The position numbers and the translations under genes were made by a program. The notes under the pieces were generated by a model. That model was not told where the DNA came from and did no database searches. It saw nothing but the letters and a program-made list of their open reading frames with translations. This document shows, one piece after another, positions 36,795 to 46,937 of a stretch of 64,000 nucleotides of DNA (position 1 is the first letter of the stretch; each line of letters opens with the position of its first letter). The DNA comes from Minisyncoccia bacterium (GTDB lineage: Bacteria > Patescibacteriota > Minisyncoccia > Phycocordibacterales > CAJBRS01), in assembly GCA_038215155.1 (NCBI GenBank), contig JBBQRF010000002.1:50712-114711 (forward strand). Reading direction: 5' to 3'.

Positions 36795-38495
36795 ATGAAG
36801 TCCTATAAAGTTAGAGAACCTCTCACTGAAGCAGAAAAAGAACCTTTAAAATCCTATCCGGAATTTTTGCAGCATCTTTTGCATTATCGCGGCCTCCGGT
36901 CTGAGGAGGCCGCCGAAGCCTTTCTCACTCCTCAATATGAGACCGGTATTCATGACCCCTACTTAATGAAAGATATGGAGAAAGCGGTTAGTCGCACTCT
37001 GCTTGCCATTGAAAAAAAGGAGAAAACTATTATTTACAGTGATTTTGATGCAGATGGCATTCCCGGAGCAGTCATTCTTCATGATTTTTTCAAAAAGATT
37101 GGTTATGAAAATTTTCAAAACTACATTCCTGATCGCCACAATGAAGGATATGGTTTAAATCTAAAAGCCATCGAGAAATTCCAGGAAATGGGAGCGGGCC
37201 TTTTAATTACCATTGATTGTGGTATTTCTAATTTTAAAGAAATTGAGCTAGCTAATCAGTCCGGGATGGATGTCATTATTACTGATCACCATCTTCCACA
37301 TGAAAAATTACCGCCAGCATTCGCTATTCTTAATTCCAAACAAAATGATTGTGGATATCCATTTAAAATGCTTTGTGGGGCAGGTGTAGTTTTTAAATTG
37401 GTTCAAGCCATTCTTTTGAAGAATAGATTCGGCATGAAAGAGGGAATAGAGAAATGGTTTTTAGACATGGCGGGATTGGCTACTCTCTCAGATATGGTTC
37501 CACTTGTCGGCGAGAATCGAATTTTTGCCCATTACGGATTAAAGGTATTGAGGAAATCGCCTCGTCCGGGATTACTCGAACTGTTTCGTCGCACTGATAT
37601 TAATCCACGCCATCTTTCAGAGGAGGATATTTCCTTTAGTCTAACGCCTAAAATAAACGCTGCCTCCAGGATGGGTTCACCCCAAGAAGCCTTTGAATTA
37701 CTTTCTACCAACGACCTCTCCCGGGCCCGCGAACTTTCTGAATCTTTAATGAAATTGAATGATGAGAGAAAAGGTGTGGTTGCTTCAACTGCTAAAGAGA
37801 TTAAAAAGATTTTGAATAATCGAGAGGTTGGAGATGTGATGGTCCTGGGTAATCCCGATTGGCGACCCAGTCTCCTCGGATTAGTGGCTAATAGTCTGGC
37901 AGAGCAATATCAGAAACCAGTTTTTCTGTGGGGACGGGAGGGGAGCGGCCTACTTAAAGGCTCAGGCCGCTCGAATGGATTAATTGATCTTTCGGAATTG
38001 CTTAAAGAAGTAAGTACGGAAATTATTTCAGAATATGGCGGTCACGCCTTTGCTGGAGGGTTCAGCTTGTTTCCAGAGAAGGTTCATTTATTGGAGGAAG
38101 AGTTAAATAAGGCCTATAAAAAAGTGAAATCAGATGCTATTCCCGCCAAAAATTTTGTAGATAAAAAATTTTCTATTGATGAAGTGAATTGGGAAGTTTA
38201 CAAAATAATTGAGAATTTATCACCATACGGTGAAGGAAACCTTAAGCCGGTTTTTCTGTTCGAGAATGTAGAAATTGCGGAGATACGAAATTTTGGTAAG
38301 GCAAAGAATCATCTAGAGCTATCATTTACTAATAGTTTAGGAAAAAAGATTAAAGCTATCGGTTTCTTTATGAGTGATCAATTTGGATCACAAAAATTAG
38401 AAGCAAAAGGAAAAATTAATCTAGTAGCTAATTTTGAAAAATCCAATTATCGGAATTTTCCGGAACTCCGCTTGCGAATTGTAGATATTATTTAA
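36795..38495 (+). CDS. recJ: ssDNA-specific exonuclease RecJ
   Basis: DFDADG, ITIDCG, TDHH, DMVPL.GENR, GGH. Confidence 0.95.
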   Translation: MKSYKVREPLTEAEKEPLKSYPEFLQHLLHYRGLRSEEAAEAFLTPQYETGIHDPYLMKDMEKAVSRTLLAIEKKEKTIIYSDFDADGIPGAVILHDFFKKIGYENFQNYIPDRHNEGYGLNLKAIEKFQEMGAGLLITIDCGISNFKEIELANQSGMDVIITDHHLPHEKLPPAFAILNSKQNDCGYPFKMLCGAGVVFKLVQAILLKNRFGMKEGIEKWFLDMAGLATLSDMVPLVGENRIFAHYGLKVLRKSPRPGLLELFRRTDINPRHLSEEDISFSLTPKINAASRMGSPQEAFELLSTNDLSRARELSESLMKLNDERKGVVASTAKEIKKILNNREVGDVMVLGNPDWRPSLLGLVANSLAEQYQKPVFLWGREGSGLLKGSGRSNGLIDLSELLKEVSTEIISEYGGHAFAGGFSLFPEKVHLLEEELNKAYKKVKSDAIPAKNFVDKKFSIDEVNWEVYKIIENLSPYGEGNLKPVFLFENVEIAEIRNFGKAKNHLELSFTNSLGKKIKAIGFFMSDQFGSQKLEAKGKINLVANFEKSNYRNFPELRLRIVDII

Positions 38496-38520
38496 TCTAG
38501 AAAAAATATAGAATATAAAT

Positions 38521-39249
38521 ATGGAAGTAATAAAAGAAATGTCTGTTGTTTTCACTGACGGAGCATCCAAAGGAAATCCTGGACCCGGAGGTTGGGGGGC
38601 GATTGCAATCATTTCCGATGATTCGGGAACTCATGTCACTGAATTAGGGGGCAGAGAGGAAAATGTAACTAATAATCAGATGGAATTAAGGGGAGCAATT
38701 GAAGCCTTACGGCATCTTTCACTTTCTGAAATTGATCTACTGATATACACTGACTCTTCGTATCTTATAAATGGTATTACTAAATGGTTGAGTGCCTGGA
38801 GAATGAATGAGTGGAAAACTAAAAACAAGAAAGTAGTTTTAAACCGCGAGCTCTGGGAAGAATTAGCCGAACTAACTGAAAATAAAAATATACAGTGGAA
38901 ATACGTAGGAGGACATTCAGGCATTGTCGGCAATGAAAGAGCTGATGTCATCGCCACAGAATTTGCTGAGGGGAAGCGGCCTAAGCTTTTTAGCAGACCT
39001 CTTAAAGAATATGGAATGGATATTCTAAATATTGATCTCGACGAGAGTAAGGCCACAGAAAAAACCGCCGCCCGCCGCCATTCAAAGGCGGCGGCCTACT
39101 CTTACGTCAGTTTAGTAGACGATAAAATTGAGACTCATCAAAATTGGAAAGACTGCGAGGCCCGGGTAAAAGGAAAATCTGGCGCTAGATTTAAGAAGGT
39201 TGTAAGCAAAGAAGAAGAAGGATCGGTAATTCAGCAGTTTTCTAACTAA
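38521..39249 (+). CDS. rnhA: Ribonuclease HI with a C-terminal hybrid-binding (Cauli_VI-like) domain
   Basis: FTDGAS.GNPGPGGWG, TNNQMEL, TDSSY, GHSG..GNERAD; C-terminal W.DCEARVKG..GARFKK. Confidence 0.9.
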   Translation: MEVIKEMSVVFTDGASKGNPGPGGWGAIAIISDDSGTHVTELGGREENVTNNQMELRGAIEALRHLSLSEIDLLIYTDSSYLINGITKWLSAWRMNEWKTKNKKVVLNRELWEELAELTENKNIQWKYVGGHSGIVGNERADVIATEFAEGKRPKLFSRPLKEYGMDILNIDLDESKATEKTAARRHSKAAAYSYVSLVDDKIETHQNWKDCEARVKGKSGARFKKVVSKEEEGSVIQQFSN

Positions 39250-39290
39250 ATTTTAAATAAATTTTATCTCCTTTTCACTAAACTTAGTAA

Positions 39291-40757
39291 GTGAAATTTT
39301 ATCTTTTTGTCTGGAGTTTTTTTGGTGGTGTCTTTTTAATTTCCGTCTTTAGCCTAGTGAGTTCGGCCATCATCCTCGGAGTAATATTCTCCGGTGTGAT
39401 AGTTGTAGGCGCCCTAAGAAAAGAATACCTACTTATCAGTTTTTTATTTTTTCTGGCTCTTATAATGGGTGCTTGTCGGATGGAAGTAGACAAGCACCGT
39501 ACTCCCAACCAAATATTGGTGGATAGTTTAAATAAATTTGTAACCATTCGAGGGATTTTAGTAGATGAGCCAGACCAAAGAGAAAATAGCACTAATTTAG
39601 TCGTCTTGCCGAACGTAGTATCTGAAAAAATACTCCCGGGTAGCACATCGGAGAAAATTCTGGTTCGAGCAATGGCTGATTCGAATTTTCAATACGGTGA
39701 CGAAGTGGAACTAAAGGGCAGGTTAGAGTTACCACAGAAAATCCTCTCCGGCAACGCTGATTTTAATTATCCAGAATATCTAGCCAAGGATGATATTTAT
39801 TATCTGATACCGCGAGCAGATGTAAGAAAAATTTCTACGGGACACGGAAATATAACTAAACGCACTCTCTTTAAACTAAAAGCTAACTTTCTTAGAAATA
39901 TAAACGCCATATTGCCCCAACCGCACGCTGGTTTTGTTGAGGGTATCGTAATTGCCGGTAAGAAATCTTTACCTAAAAACCTTCTGACAGAATTTCAGAG
40001 GACGGGTACTCTCCAAATTATTGTTCTATCAGGGTACAACATTACTATTGTTGCCGAGGCAATGATGAGGCTCTTTTCCTATCTAATGGGCGCCGGATTT
40101 TCCTACTTCGCCGGCGCCTTCTCCATCATCTTATTTTCCATAATGGCAGGAGGTTCTGCCACGGTCATTCGGGCCACTTTAATGGCTCTCATCTCTATAT
40201 TAGCTAAAGCCACTCATCGAGTTTACCAAGCAAAGCGCGCTCTATTTTTAGCCGGATTTTTAATGGTTTTTCAAAATCCGCGTATTTTAGTATATGACCC
40301 TTCCTTTCAATTAAGTTTTCTGGCCACCCTAGGGTTGATGGTTCTTTCACCTTATTTTGAAAAACACTTACAATTCTTGCCTGAAAAATTTCAGATTAGA
40401 AACACTGCAAGCGCCACTCTCTCTGCTCAAGTTTTCGTTACGCCTTTAATTCTTTATCAGATTGGTCAACTTTCGTTAGTGTCGGTGCCGGCTAATATGC
40501 TAATGATGTTAGCCATCCCTATCCTCATGCTCTCTGGTTTCTTGACCGGACTCTGGGCTTTTGTAAGTAAGATTGTTGCTTTTCCTCTAGCTTTTATTTC
40601 TTACACACTAGTCTCATACGAGCTACTAGTTTTGAAAATATTTTCCCGCACTCCCTTCGCTTCCATCACCCTCCCATTTTCTGTTTGGCTTTTAGCAATC
40701 AGTTACGGCCTCTATATTTTTATGTGGATAAAAAGTTATAAAGGCCGCTCTGCTTAG
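39291..40757 (+). CDS. comEC: ComEC/Rec2 competence channel (membrane part)
   Basis: OB-like domain, VLSGYN, ATVIRA, DPSFQLSF; multiple TM helices. Confidence 0.9.
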   Translation: MKFYLFVWSFFGGVFLISVFSLVSSAIILGVIFSGVIVVGALRKEYLLISFLFFLALIMGACRMEVDKHRTPNQILVDSLNKFVTIRGILVDEPDQRENSTNLVVLPNVVSEKILPGSTSEKILVRAMADSNFQYGDEVELKGRLELPQKILSGNADFNYPEYLAKDDIYYLIPRADVRKISTGHGNITKRTLFKLKANFLRNINAILPQPHAGFVEGIVIAGKKSLPKNLLTEFQRTGTLQIIVLSGYNITIVAEAMMRLFSYLMGAGFSYFAGAFSIILFSIMAGGSATVIRATLMALISILAKATHRVYQAKRALFLAGFLMVFQNPRILVYDPSFQLSFLATLGLMVLSPYFEKHLQFLPEKFQIRNTASATLSAQVFVTPLILYQIGQLSLVSVPANMLMMLAIPILMLSGFLTGLWAFVSKIVAFPLAFISYTLVSYELLVLKIFSRTPFASITLPFSVWLLAISYGLYIFMWIKSYKGRSA

Positions 40758-41353
40758 ATAGCTTTCTCAAATCTCTCCTCCACTTTAGTCCAATTAAGAT
40801 TGGTAAAAAAAGCTTCCACATATTTTTTCTTTTCTGAAGGAGGATAATCGAGCATGTAAGAATGCTCCCACATATCTAATCCAAGTAAAAAACGAAGTGA
40901 ATTAAGATGACCTAAATGCTGCTCGTCTACCCAGGCGTTTAATAACTTGCCAGTTCGAGGATCTAAATAAAGATTGGCCCAACCCACTCCGCGAGTCATG
41001 GCAATCATTTTAAATTGATCAAGCCACCCAGGAAAACTGCCAAACTGATCAACAATACTTTTATAGAATGAGCCTCCTGCACTTGCTTCCAAAGCTCCGC
41101 CTTCAAGTTGTTCAAAGTAATACTCGTGGTTTCTCATCCCGTCAAATTCAAAACCGAGGCGCCGTTGGACCTCTCCCATAACAAATGAATTTTTTCCTAG
41201 ATCGCTCGAGAGCTCTTTTAATTTCTCCTGAATTAAATTGGTGTGCTTAACATAGCCTGCGTAAAGGTTTAGATGTTCCTCGATGGTTTTGGCTGAAATT
41301 CCTTTTAATTCCGGAATGTTGAATTTTTTTTCAGCATATATTTCATTTGGCAT
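40754..41353 (-). CDS. Fe/Mn superoxide dismutase family protein
   Basis: EEHLNLYAGY, RNHEYYF, GVGW, LDMWEHSY. Confidence 0.88.
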   Translation of the reverse strand: MPNEIYAEKKFNIPELKGISAKTIEEHLNLYAGYVKHTNLIQEKLKELSSDLGKNSFVMGEVQRRLGFEFDGMRNHEYYFEQLEGGALEASAGGSFYKSIVDQFGSFPGWLDQFKMIAMTRGVGWANLYLDPRTGKLLNAWVDEQHLGHLNSLRFLLGLDMWEHSYMLDYPPSEKKKYVEAFFTNLNWTKVEERFEKAI

Positions 41354-41427
41354 ATTAGTGGTGACTCGAAACTGAGTTTAGAATTAGTTAGTAATAATTT
41401 TAAGTTGCTTTAGTTATAATAACATTT

Positions 41428-42291
41428 CTGAAATGGTTCAAAACTAACACATTAATAGGATTAGCAGCCATTCTGCTTTTAGTAAACGCGGGTGTTTGGT
41501 ACGTGGCGATCTGGGAAAATCGGGGTAATTTCATGAAAGTAGCCTTCTTAAGTATCGGTCAAGGCGACTCTACTTTGATTGAGTCGCCTAATGGAAATAA
41601 AATCTTGATTGATGCTGGGCCGAATGGCATCATAACGGAAAGCGAGCTAGCTAAAGAACTACCTTTCTATGATCGTCATATAAATTTAATTATTCTTACT
41701 CATCCAGACTCTGATCACGTGGCGGGATTCTTAAAAATTATAGAGGACTATCAAGTGGACCAAGTGATGGAGCCTGGTTCTCACGCTGAGACTGCCACTT
41801 ATAAAAAAATTGAAGAAGCAATCGCCGCAAAAAATATTCCAAAAGTTTTAGCGAGGCGGGGCATGCGCATCATTCTAGATAAGAAAAGAAAAATCTATCT
41901 CACCATCCTATTTCCTGATCGAGATCCTACGAATTGGGAGACAAACACTAGTTCTATTGTTTCTCGGCTTACTTACGGTCGAGAGTCATTCCTTTTTCAG
42001 GGAGATTCTCCACAAAAAATAGAAAACTATTTGGTTTCGCTTGACGGCCCCAATTTAAAAAGCGAGGTCTTAAAGGTGGGACACCATGGTTCAAAAACTT
42101 CTACAAGCGACTTGTATGCCTCTACCGTCAACCCCACCTATGCCGTTATTTCTGCCGGTCTAAATAATCGCTATAGTTTTCCGCATCCGCAGACCTTGGA
42201 TATATTAAATAAATATCACACCAATATATTGAAAACATATGACTCGGGAACAATAGTGATGAAATCAGACGGACAGACAATTAGTTATTAA
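41428..42291 (+). CDS. ComEC-associated metallo-beta-lactamase-fold nuclease with N-terminal TM
   Basis: GQGD, LIDAG, THPDSDH, KVGHHGS; the frame extends upstream of GTG 41503 through a TM helix to CTG 41428. Confidence 0.85.
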   Translation: MKWFKTNTLIGLAAILLLVNAGVWYVAIWENRGNFMKVAFLSIGQGDSTLIESPNGNKILIDAGPNGIITESELAKELPFYDRHINLIILTHPDSDHVAGFLKIIEDYQVDQVMEPGSHAETATYKKIEEAIAAKNIPKVLARRGMRIILDKKRKIYLTILFPDRDPTNWETNTSSIVSRLTYGRESFLFQGDSPQKIENYLVSLDGPNLKSEVLKVGHHGSKTSTSDLYASTVNPTYAVISAGLNNRYSFPHPQTLDILNKYHTNILKTYDSGTIVMKSDGQTISY

Positions 42292-42331
42292 TTGACAATC
42301 ACTTCTCCAATCGTAAAATGAAAAACAGAAT

Positions 42332-42604
42332 ATGATTACGGAAGTTGATGTATACGAGCCAATTTACAAGCTCACTATAAAAGAAGAGTCAGTAAGTTGG
42401 CGAAAATTGGTCACTTTGATTTTTGTTGGGAATTGGCCCGAGAAAGATATTCGAGATGAGATTGAGAAAAAATATAAGACCGGCCTTGACCCTAAAGCTC
42501 TTAAACTCTTCACAGAAGGAGAGCAATGCTTTAAATTAGAAACTAGAACAGTAGAAAACCAGCGAAGGTCCTATCGAATTTATCCGGAGAATCCTCCACG
42601 ATAA
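42332..42604 (+). CDS. Hypothetical protein
   Basis: 90-aa ORF with promoter TTGACA-N16-TAAAAT (42292-42319) and a downstream terminator. Confidence 0.6.
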   Translation: MITEVDVYEPIYKLTIKEESVSWRKLVTLIFVGNWPEKDIRDEIEKKYKTGLDPKALKLFTEGEQCFKLETRTVENQRRSYRIYPENPPR

Positions 42605-42621
42605 ATAACCAAGAAATTGGT

Positions 42622-42644
42622 GTCTGCAAGGTTGCAGACTTTTT
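42622..42644 (+). terminator. Intrinsic terminator
   Basis: GTCTGCAA-GG-TTGCAGAC followed by TTTTT. Confidence 0.6.
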
Positions 42645-42646
42645 AT

Positions 42647-42889
42647 TTAGATTACCCCAGCTTTCTTTAGTGTGGCGTAGGCGCCGTTCTTCTGGATAGT
42701 TTTTAGTCCTCTGGTGGAGATTGTGATGGTCACCGTCTTTTTAAGTTCAGGAATGTAGACCCGCTTTTTCTGCAGGTTAGGATATTTCCGAACCTGCCCA
42801 GTTGGATTAAACTGAGTGGCACGAGTGCGATTTGAATAACCGCCCCCCATCCGAGAACCTACTTTTGTGATTGCGCAGACTTTAGCCAT
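42647..42889 (-). CDS. rpmB: 50S ribosomal protein L28
   Basis: MAKVCAIT...RKYPNLQKKR..ISTRGLKTI. Confidence 0.9.
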   Translation of the reverse strand: MAKVCAITKVGSRMGGGYSNRTRATQFNPTGQVRKYPNLQKKRVYIPELKKTVTITISTRGLKTIQKNGAYATLKKAGVI

Positions 42890-42941
42890 AAGTTAAATGA
42901 TGCTATCATAACTTCATTAAATTTGGCAACTCCCATTTTTT

Positions 42942-43565
42942 ATGACAGATCCTACTATTTTTATCTTTTCAATAATTATTCTCCTTTTTTCAGTCATCGT
43001 TCATGAAGTAGCTCATGGATATGCGGCCGAAGCCCTTGGAGATCCAACCGCGCGTTATGCTGGGCGGCTGACCCTCAATCCCATTCCACACCTAGATTTA
43101 TTTGGCTCTATTATTTTGCCAGTTTTATTAGTTCTGACCCACTCACCCTTTTTAATAGGATGGGCGAAACCGGTGCCTTACAACCCTTTTAACTTGCGCA
43201 ATCAAAGATGGGGAGAAGCAATGGTGGCTGGAGCGGGACCTTTGGTAAACATTTTTATATTTTTAATTTTCGGTCTGGTGTTGCGCTTTTATGGGACCAC
43301 TTTCTCTCCGGCCACCCTCACCATCATAAGTACGGTAGTTATTATTAATCTAGTAATCGCCATTTTTAATCTGGTGCCGATACCGCCTCTTGATGGTTCG
43401 AAATTACTTTTTTCCATTTTGCCGGGGGGCGCTCGAGCTCTGTGGGTTTCGCTCGAGCGTTACGGTTTCTTTCTAGTCATAATCTTCGTGGTGTTTCTGT
43501 GGCCATACGTCAGTCCGATTATCGGTTTGATTTTCAGTTTTGTAACTGGAATTCGCCTCTACTAG
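42942..43565 (+). CDS. Site-2 protease (M50) family protein
   Basis: HEVAH, GRLTLNP, AGP, FNLVPIPPLDG. Confidence 0.92.
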   Translation: MTDPTIFIFSIIILLFSVIVHEVAHGYAAEALGDPTARYAGRLTLNPIPHLDLFGSIILPVLLVLTHSPFLIGWAKPVPYNPFNLRNQRWGEAMVAGAGPLVNIFIFLIFGLVLRFYGTTFSPATLTIISTVVIINLVIAIFNLVPIPPLDGSKLLFSILPGGARALWVSLERYGFFLVIIFVVFLWPYVSPIIGLIFSFVTGIRLY

Positions 43566-43619
43566 CACGGACCGAGGAATTTGCTTTTTTCAAGTCTACA
43601 TATTAAAGTATGAACTCAC

Positions 43620-44027
43620 ATGGCAACAATCAATCAGCTAGTTCGACGAAAAAGAGTCCATCCAATCCGCAAGACAAAGGCGGTTGCTTTAACTCGTACC
43701 TTTAACACCCTAAAAAATCGTCCTGGCTATAATCCTTCTCCATTTAAGCGAGGGGTCTGCACTAAAGTCACCACCAAAACTCCAAAGAAGCCTAACTCTG
43801 CTATTCGAAAAATTGCTCGTGTTCGATTAACTAATGGTCTAGAAGTAACTGCCTACATTCCCGGAGAAGGTCACAATCTACAAGAACACTCCGTTGTATT
43901 ACTTCGATCTGGAAAAGTTAAAGATATTGGCGTGCGATACACTATCGTCCGCGGTGTTCTTGATGCTCAAGGAGTAGAGAAGCGACGAAAGGTCAGAAGT
44001 ATGTACGGAGCTAAAAAGCCTAAATAA
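43620..44027 (+). CDS. rpsL: 30S ribosomal protein S12
   Basis: [21 protein letters not shown]. Confidence 0.98.
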   Translation: MATINQLVRRKRVHPIRKTKAVALTRTFNTLKNRPGYNPSPFKRGVCTKVTTKTPKKPNSAIRKIARVRLTNGLEVTAYIPGEGHNLQEHSVVLLRSGKVKDIGVRYTIVRGVLDAQGVEKRRKVRSMYGAKKPK

Positions 44028-44040
44028 TTAGAAAGAATCA

Positions 44041-44511
44041 ATGCGACGAAAAGTAAAAAATAGAAATAAAGTTGGACCAGAAGCTACTTACGACTCCGAA
44101 AAAGTAGCTAAGTTTATTAATTACTGCATGGAACGAGGAAAGAAAAATGCTGCCCGCAAGATTGTTTACAGTGCCTTCGAAGTAATTAAAGAAAAGAACA
44201 AAACTGATAACCCAATGGAAGTTTTTGACACTGCTCTCAAGAACACCGCTCCTCAGATGGAAGTGCGTTCTCGCCGAGTCGGAGGAGCAAATTACCAAGT
44301 ACCTCGAGAAGTGCGCCCAGAAAGACGCCAAGAGCTTTCAATGAAATGGATCATTTTGGCTGCCAAGGGTAAAAAAGGTCAGCCCATGCATGTAAAATTA
44401 GCCGATGAGATTATCGCGGCATCAAAAAATGAAGGAGAAGCGGTGAAGAAACGCGAAAATACTCACAAAATGGCCGAATCAAACAAGGCCTTTGCCCACT
44501 TTGCTTGGTAA
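44041..44511 (+). CDS. rpsG: 30S ribosomal protein S7
   Basis: RRVGGANYQVP, MAESNKAFAHF. Confidence 0.98.
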   Translation: MRRKVKNRNKVGPEATYDSEKVAKFINYCMERGKKNAARKIVYSAFEVIKEKNKTDNPMEVFDTALKNTAPQMEVRSRRVGGANYQVPREVRPERRQELSMKWIILAAKGKKGQPMHVKLADEIIAASKNEGEAVKKRENTHKMAESNKAFAHFAW

Positions 44512-44592
44512 TTATTTTTTGCGCATTTAATTAAATCATGTTATTTTTATTTGGCGACTCGCCGAGTCGTTTTTTAATCGAAATTAAGAAAA

Positions 44593-46734
44593 ATGAACAG
44601 AGACTATCCACTAGAACGCGTCCGTAACTTCGGAATCATTGCCCATATTGATGCCGGAAAAACTACCACTTCCGAGCGTATTCTCTATTACACCGGAGAG
44701 TCACATAAAATTGGAGAAGTACACGAAGGTAACACTACTACTGACTGGATGGAACAAGAGCGAGAGCGAGGCATTACTATTACCGCCGCCGCTATTACCT
44801 GTTTCTGGAACCCAACTTACATGGGAACAGATACATCACTGAAACAACGTTTTAATATTATTGATACCCCAGGTCACATTGACTTCACTGCTGAAGTAAA
44901 GCGCTCACTTCGAGTGTTAGACGGTGCCGTAGTCGTTTTCGACGGAGTAGCGGGTGTGGAACCTCAATCAGAAACTAACTGGCGATATGCTGATGATGGA
45001 AATGTGCCAAGAATTTGTTTCATTAATAAACTAGACCGCTTAGGCGGTAGTTTTGAACGATCATTTCAATCAATTCTAGATCGTCTGACTAAAAATGCCG
45101 TTCGAATGCAAATTCCTATGGGGGCAGAGGATAAATTTGAAGGAGTAATCGATCTTCTGAAAATGAAGGCCTATTATTTTGAAGGAACAATGGGAATTGA
45201 TATTCGTGAGGCAGAAATTCCGGCGGAGTATTTAGAAGAAGCAAAAAAATATCGCCATGACTTAGTAGAAAAAATTGTTGAGCAAGATGATCAAATGATG
45301 CACAACTATTTAGAAGGGAAGGAAGCATCAATTGAAGATTTGAAAAAAACCTTACGAAAAGCCACTCTTGAATTAAAAATTATTCCAGTTTTTAGTGGAT
45401 CTGCTTTAAAAAACAAAGGAGTTCAGTTGGTTTTGGATGCAGTGGTGGATTACCTGCCAAGCCCTTTAGATATTCCTCCTGTTACAGGACTCGATCCAAA
45501 AACAGGTGAAAAAATAAGTCGAAACCCATCGGACGAAGAACCTTTTGCCGCCCTGGCCTTCAAACTTCAGTCTGACCCATTCGTCGGGCAACTGACTTTC
45601 TTTCGAGTTTATTCCGGAACGATTGAAGCGGGCTCATATATTTATAATGCAACCACTGGGGACAAAGAGCGCCTCGGCCGTATTGTCCGTCTGCAAGCAG
45701 ACAAACGAGAAGAAGTGAAAAAAGTTTTTGCTGGAGAAATTGCGGCCGCTGTAGGTTTAAAAACTGCTAGAACTTCTCATACTTTTTGTGATGAGAAAAA
45801 CCCAATTATTCTAGACCCAATTAAATTCGTGGAACCAGTGGTGTCCTTGCGCATCGAACCAAAAACTAAAGCCGATCAAGAAAAAATGGGTATGGCCATG
45901 AAGAAGTTACAAGACGAAGACCCTACCTTTAAAGTTAGCTCAAATACTGAGACGATGGAAACTATCATTTCCGGTATGGGTGAGCTCCACCTTGAAATTA
46001 TGATTGACCGCATGAAAAGGGAATTCGGCGTTGAAGCCAATGTGGGCCAGCCGCAGGTAGCTTACAGAGAAACTATTACCGGAACTGCTGAGGCAGAACA
46101 CAAATACATCAAACAATCTGGAGGAAAAGGACAATACGGACACGTCAAGATCACTCTTAAACCGATGGAGCCAGTAGATCCTGAAAAGAAGGTTCCTAAA
46201 AACGTTAGTCGTTATAGCGATTTTGAATTTATAAACAATATTAAGGGAGGAGTTATTCCAATTGAGTTTATTCCAGCGGTAGAAAAAGGAGTGCGAGAAG
46301 CTATGACTCGCGGTATTGTGGCTGGCTTTCCGATGGTAAATGTCTCTTGTGATCTTACCTATGGTTCTTATCACGACGTCGACTCTTCAGAAATTGCTTA
46401 CAAGATTGCCGCTTCACAAGCTTTTCAAGATGGAGCTAAACGTGCTCGACCAGTTATTCTCGAGCCTATTATGAAATTAGAAATAGTAGTGCCGGAAAAA
46501 TTCATGGGCGATATTACCGGTAATCTTAATTCTAAACGCGCTCAGATTGAAGGCATGGAAGATAGGGGAATGTTGAAAGTCATCCGGGCTCAGGTGCCTC
46601 TATCAGAAATGTTTGGCTATGTGACTTCACTGCGTTCGATGACTGAAGGACGAGGAAGCGCCAACATGGAATTTGATCATTATGATATTGTTCCACCTCA
46701 GGTAGAGAAATCTATTGTAGAAGCAAGGAAATAA
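44593..46734 (+). CDS. fusA: Elongation factor G
   Basis: [30 protein letters not shown]. Confidence 0.98.
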   Translation: MNRDYPLERVRNFGIIAHIDAGKTTTSERILYYTGESHKIGEVHEGNTTTDWMEQERERGITITAAAITCFWNPTYMGTDTSLKQRFNIIDTPGHIDFTAEVKRSLRVLDGAVVVFDGVAGVEPQSETNWRYADDGNVPRICFINKLDRLGGSFERSFQSILDRLTKNAVRMQIPMGAEDKFEGVIDLLKMKAYYFEGTMGIDIREAEIPAEYLEEAKKYRHDLVEKIVEQDDQMMHNYLEGKEASIEDLKKTLRKATLELKIIPVFSGSALKNKGVQLVLDAVVDYLPSPLDIPPVTGLDPKTGEKISRNPSDEEPFAALAFKLQSDPFVGQLTFFRVYSGTIEAGSYIYNATTGDKERLGRIVRLQADKREEVKKVFAGEIAAAVGLKTARTSHTFCDEKNPIILDPIKFVEPVVSLRIEPKTKADQEKMGMAMKKLQDEDPTFKVSSNTETMETIISGMGELHLEIMIDRMKREFGVEANVGQPQVAYRETITGTAEAEHKYIKQSGGKGQYGHVKITLKPMEPVDPEKKVPKNVSRYSDFEFINNIKGGVIPIEFIPAVEKGVREAMTRGIVAGFPMVNVSCDLTYGSYHDVDSSEIAYKIAASQAFQDGAKRARPVILEPIMKLEIVVPEKFMGDITGNLNSKRAQIEGMEDRGMLKVIRAQVPLSEMFGYVTSLRSMTEGRGSANMEFDHYDIVPPQVEKSIVEARK

Positions 46735-46738
46735 AGAG

Positions 46739-46767
46739 AAGATGGGGCCGCGAAGCGGCCCCATCTT
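46739..46767 (+). terminator. Hairpin after fusA
   Basis: AAGATGGGGCCGC-GAA-GCGGCCCCATCTT. Confidence 0.65.
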
Positions 46768-46778
46768 ACTAAATTCGT

Positions 46779-46806
46779 TTGACTTCTTTTTTAACTTTGT
46801 TATCAT
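46779..46806 (+). promoter_or_regulatory. tuf promoter
   Basis: TTGACT-N16-TATCAT with TGn. Confidence 0.6.
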
Positions 46807-46937
46807 TCCTCTTACACGTTTTGTTAATTCCCTACGGGGTTTTGACTCTAAACGAGGGATAATTATGTTTGCAGACTCTGAAGAGGTGCAGACAGATTTA
46901 AATATTAATAGAAAATTATAATTAACTAATAAAATAT

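Noticed and set aside
40723-40731. Perfect DnaA box TGTGGATAA
   Set aside because: Isolated inside the comEC coding sequence and compatible with chance.
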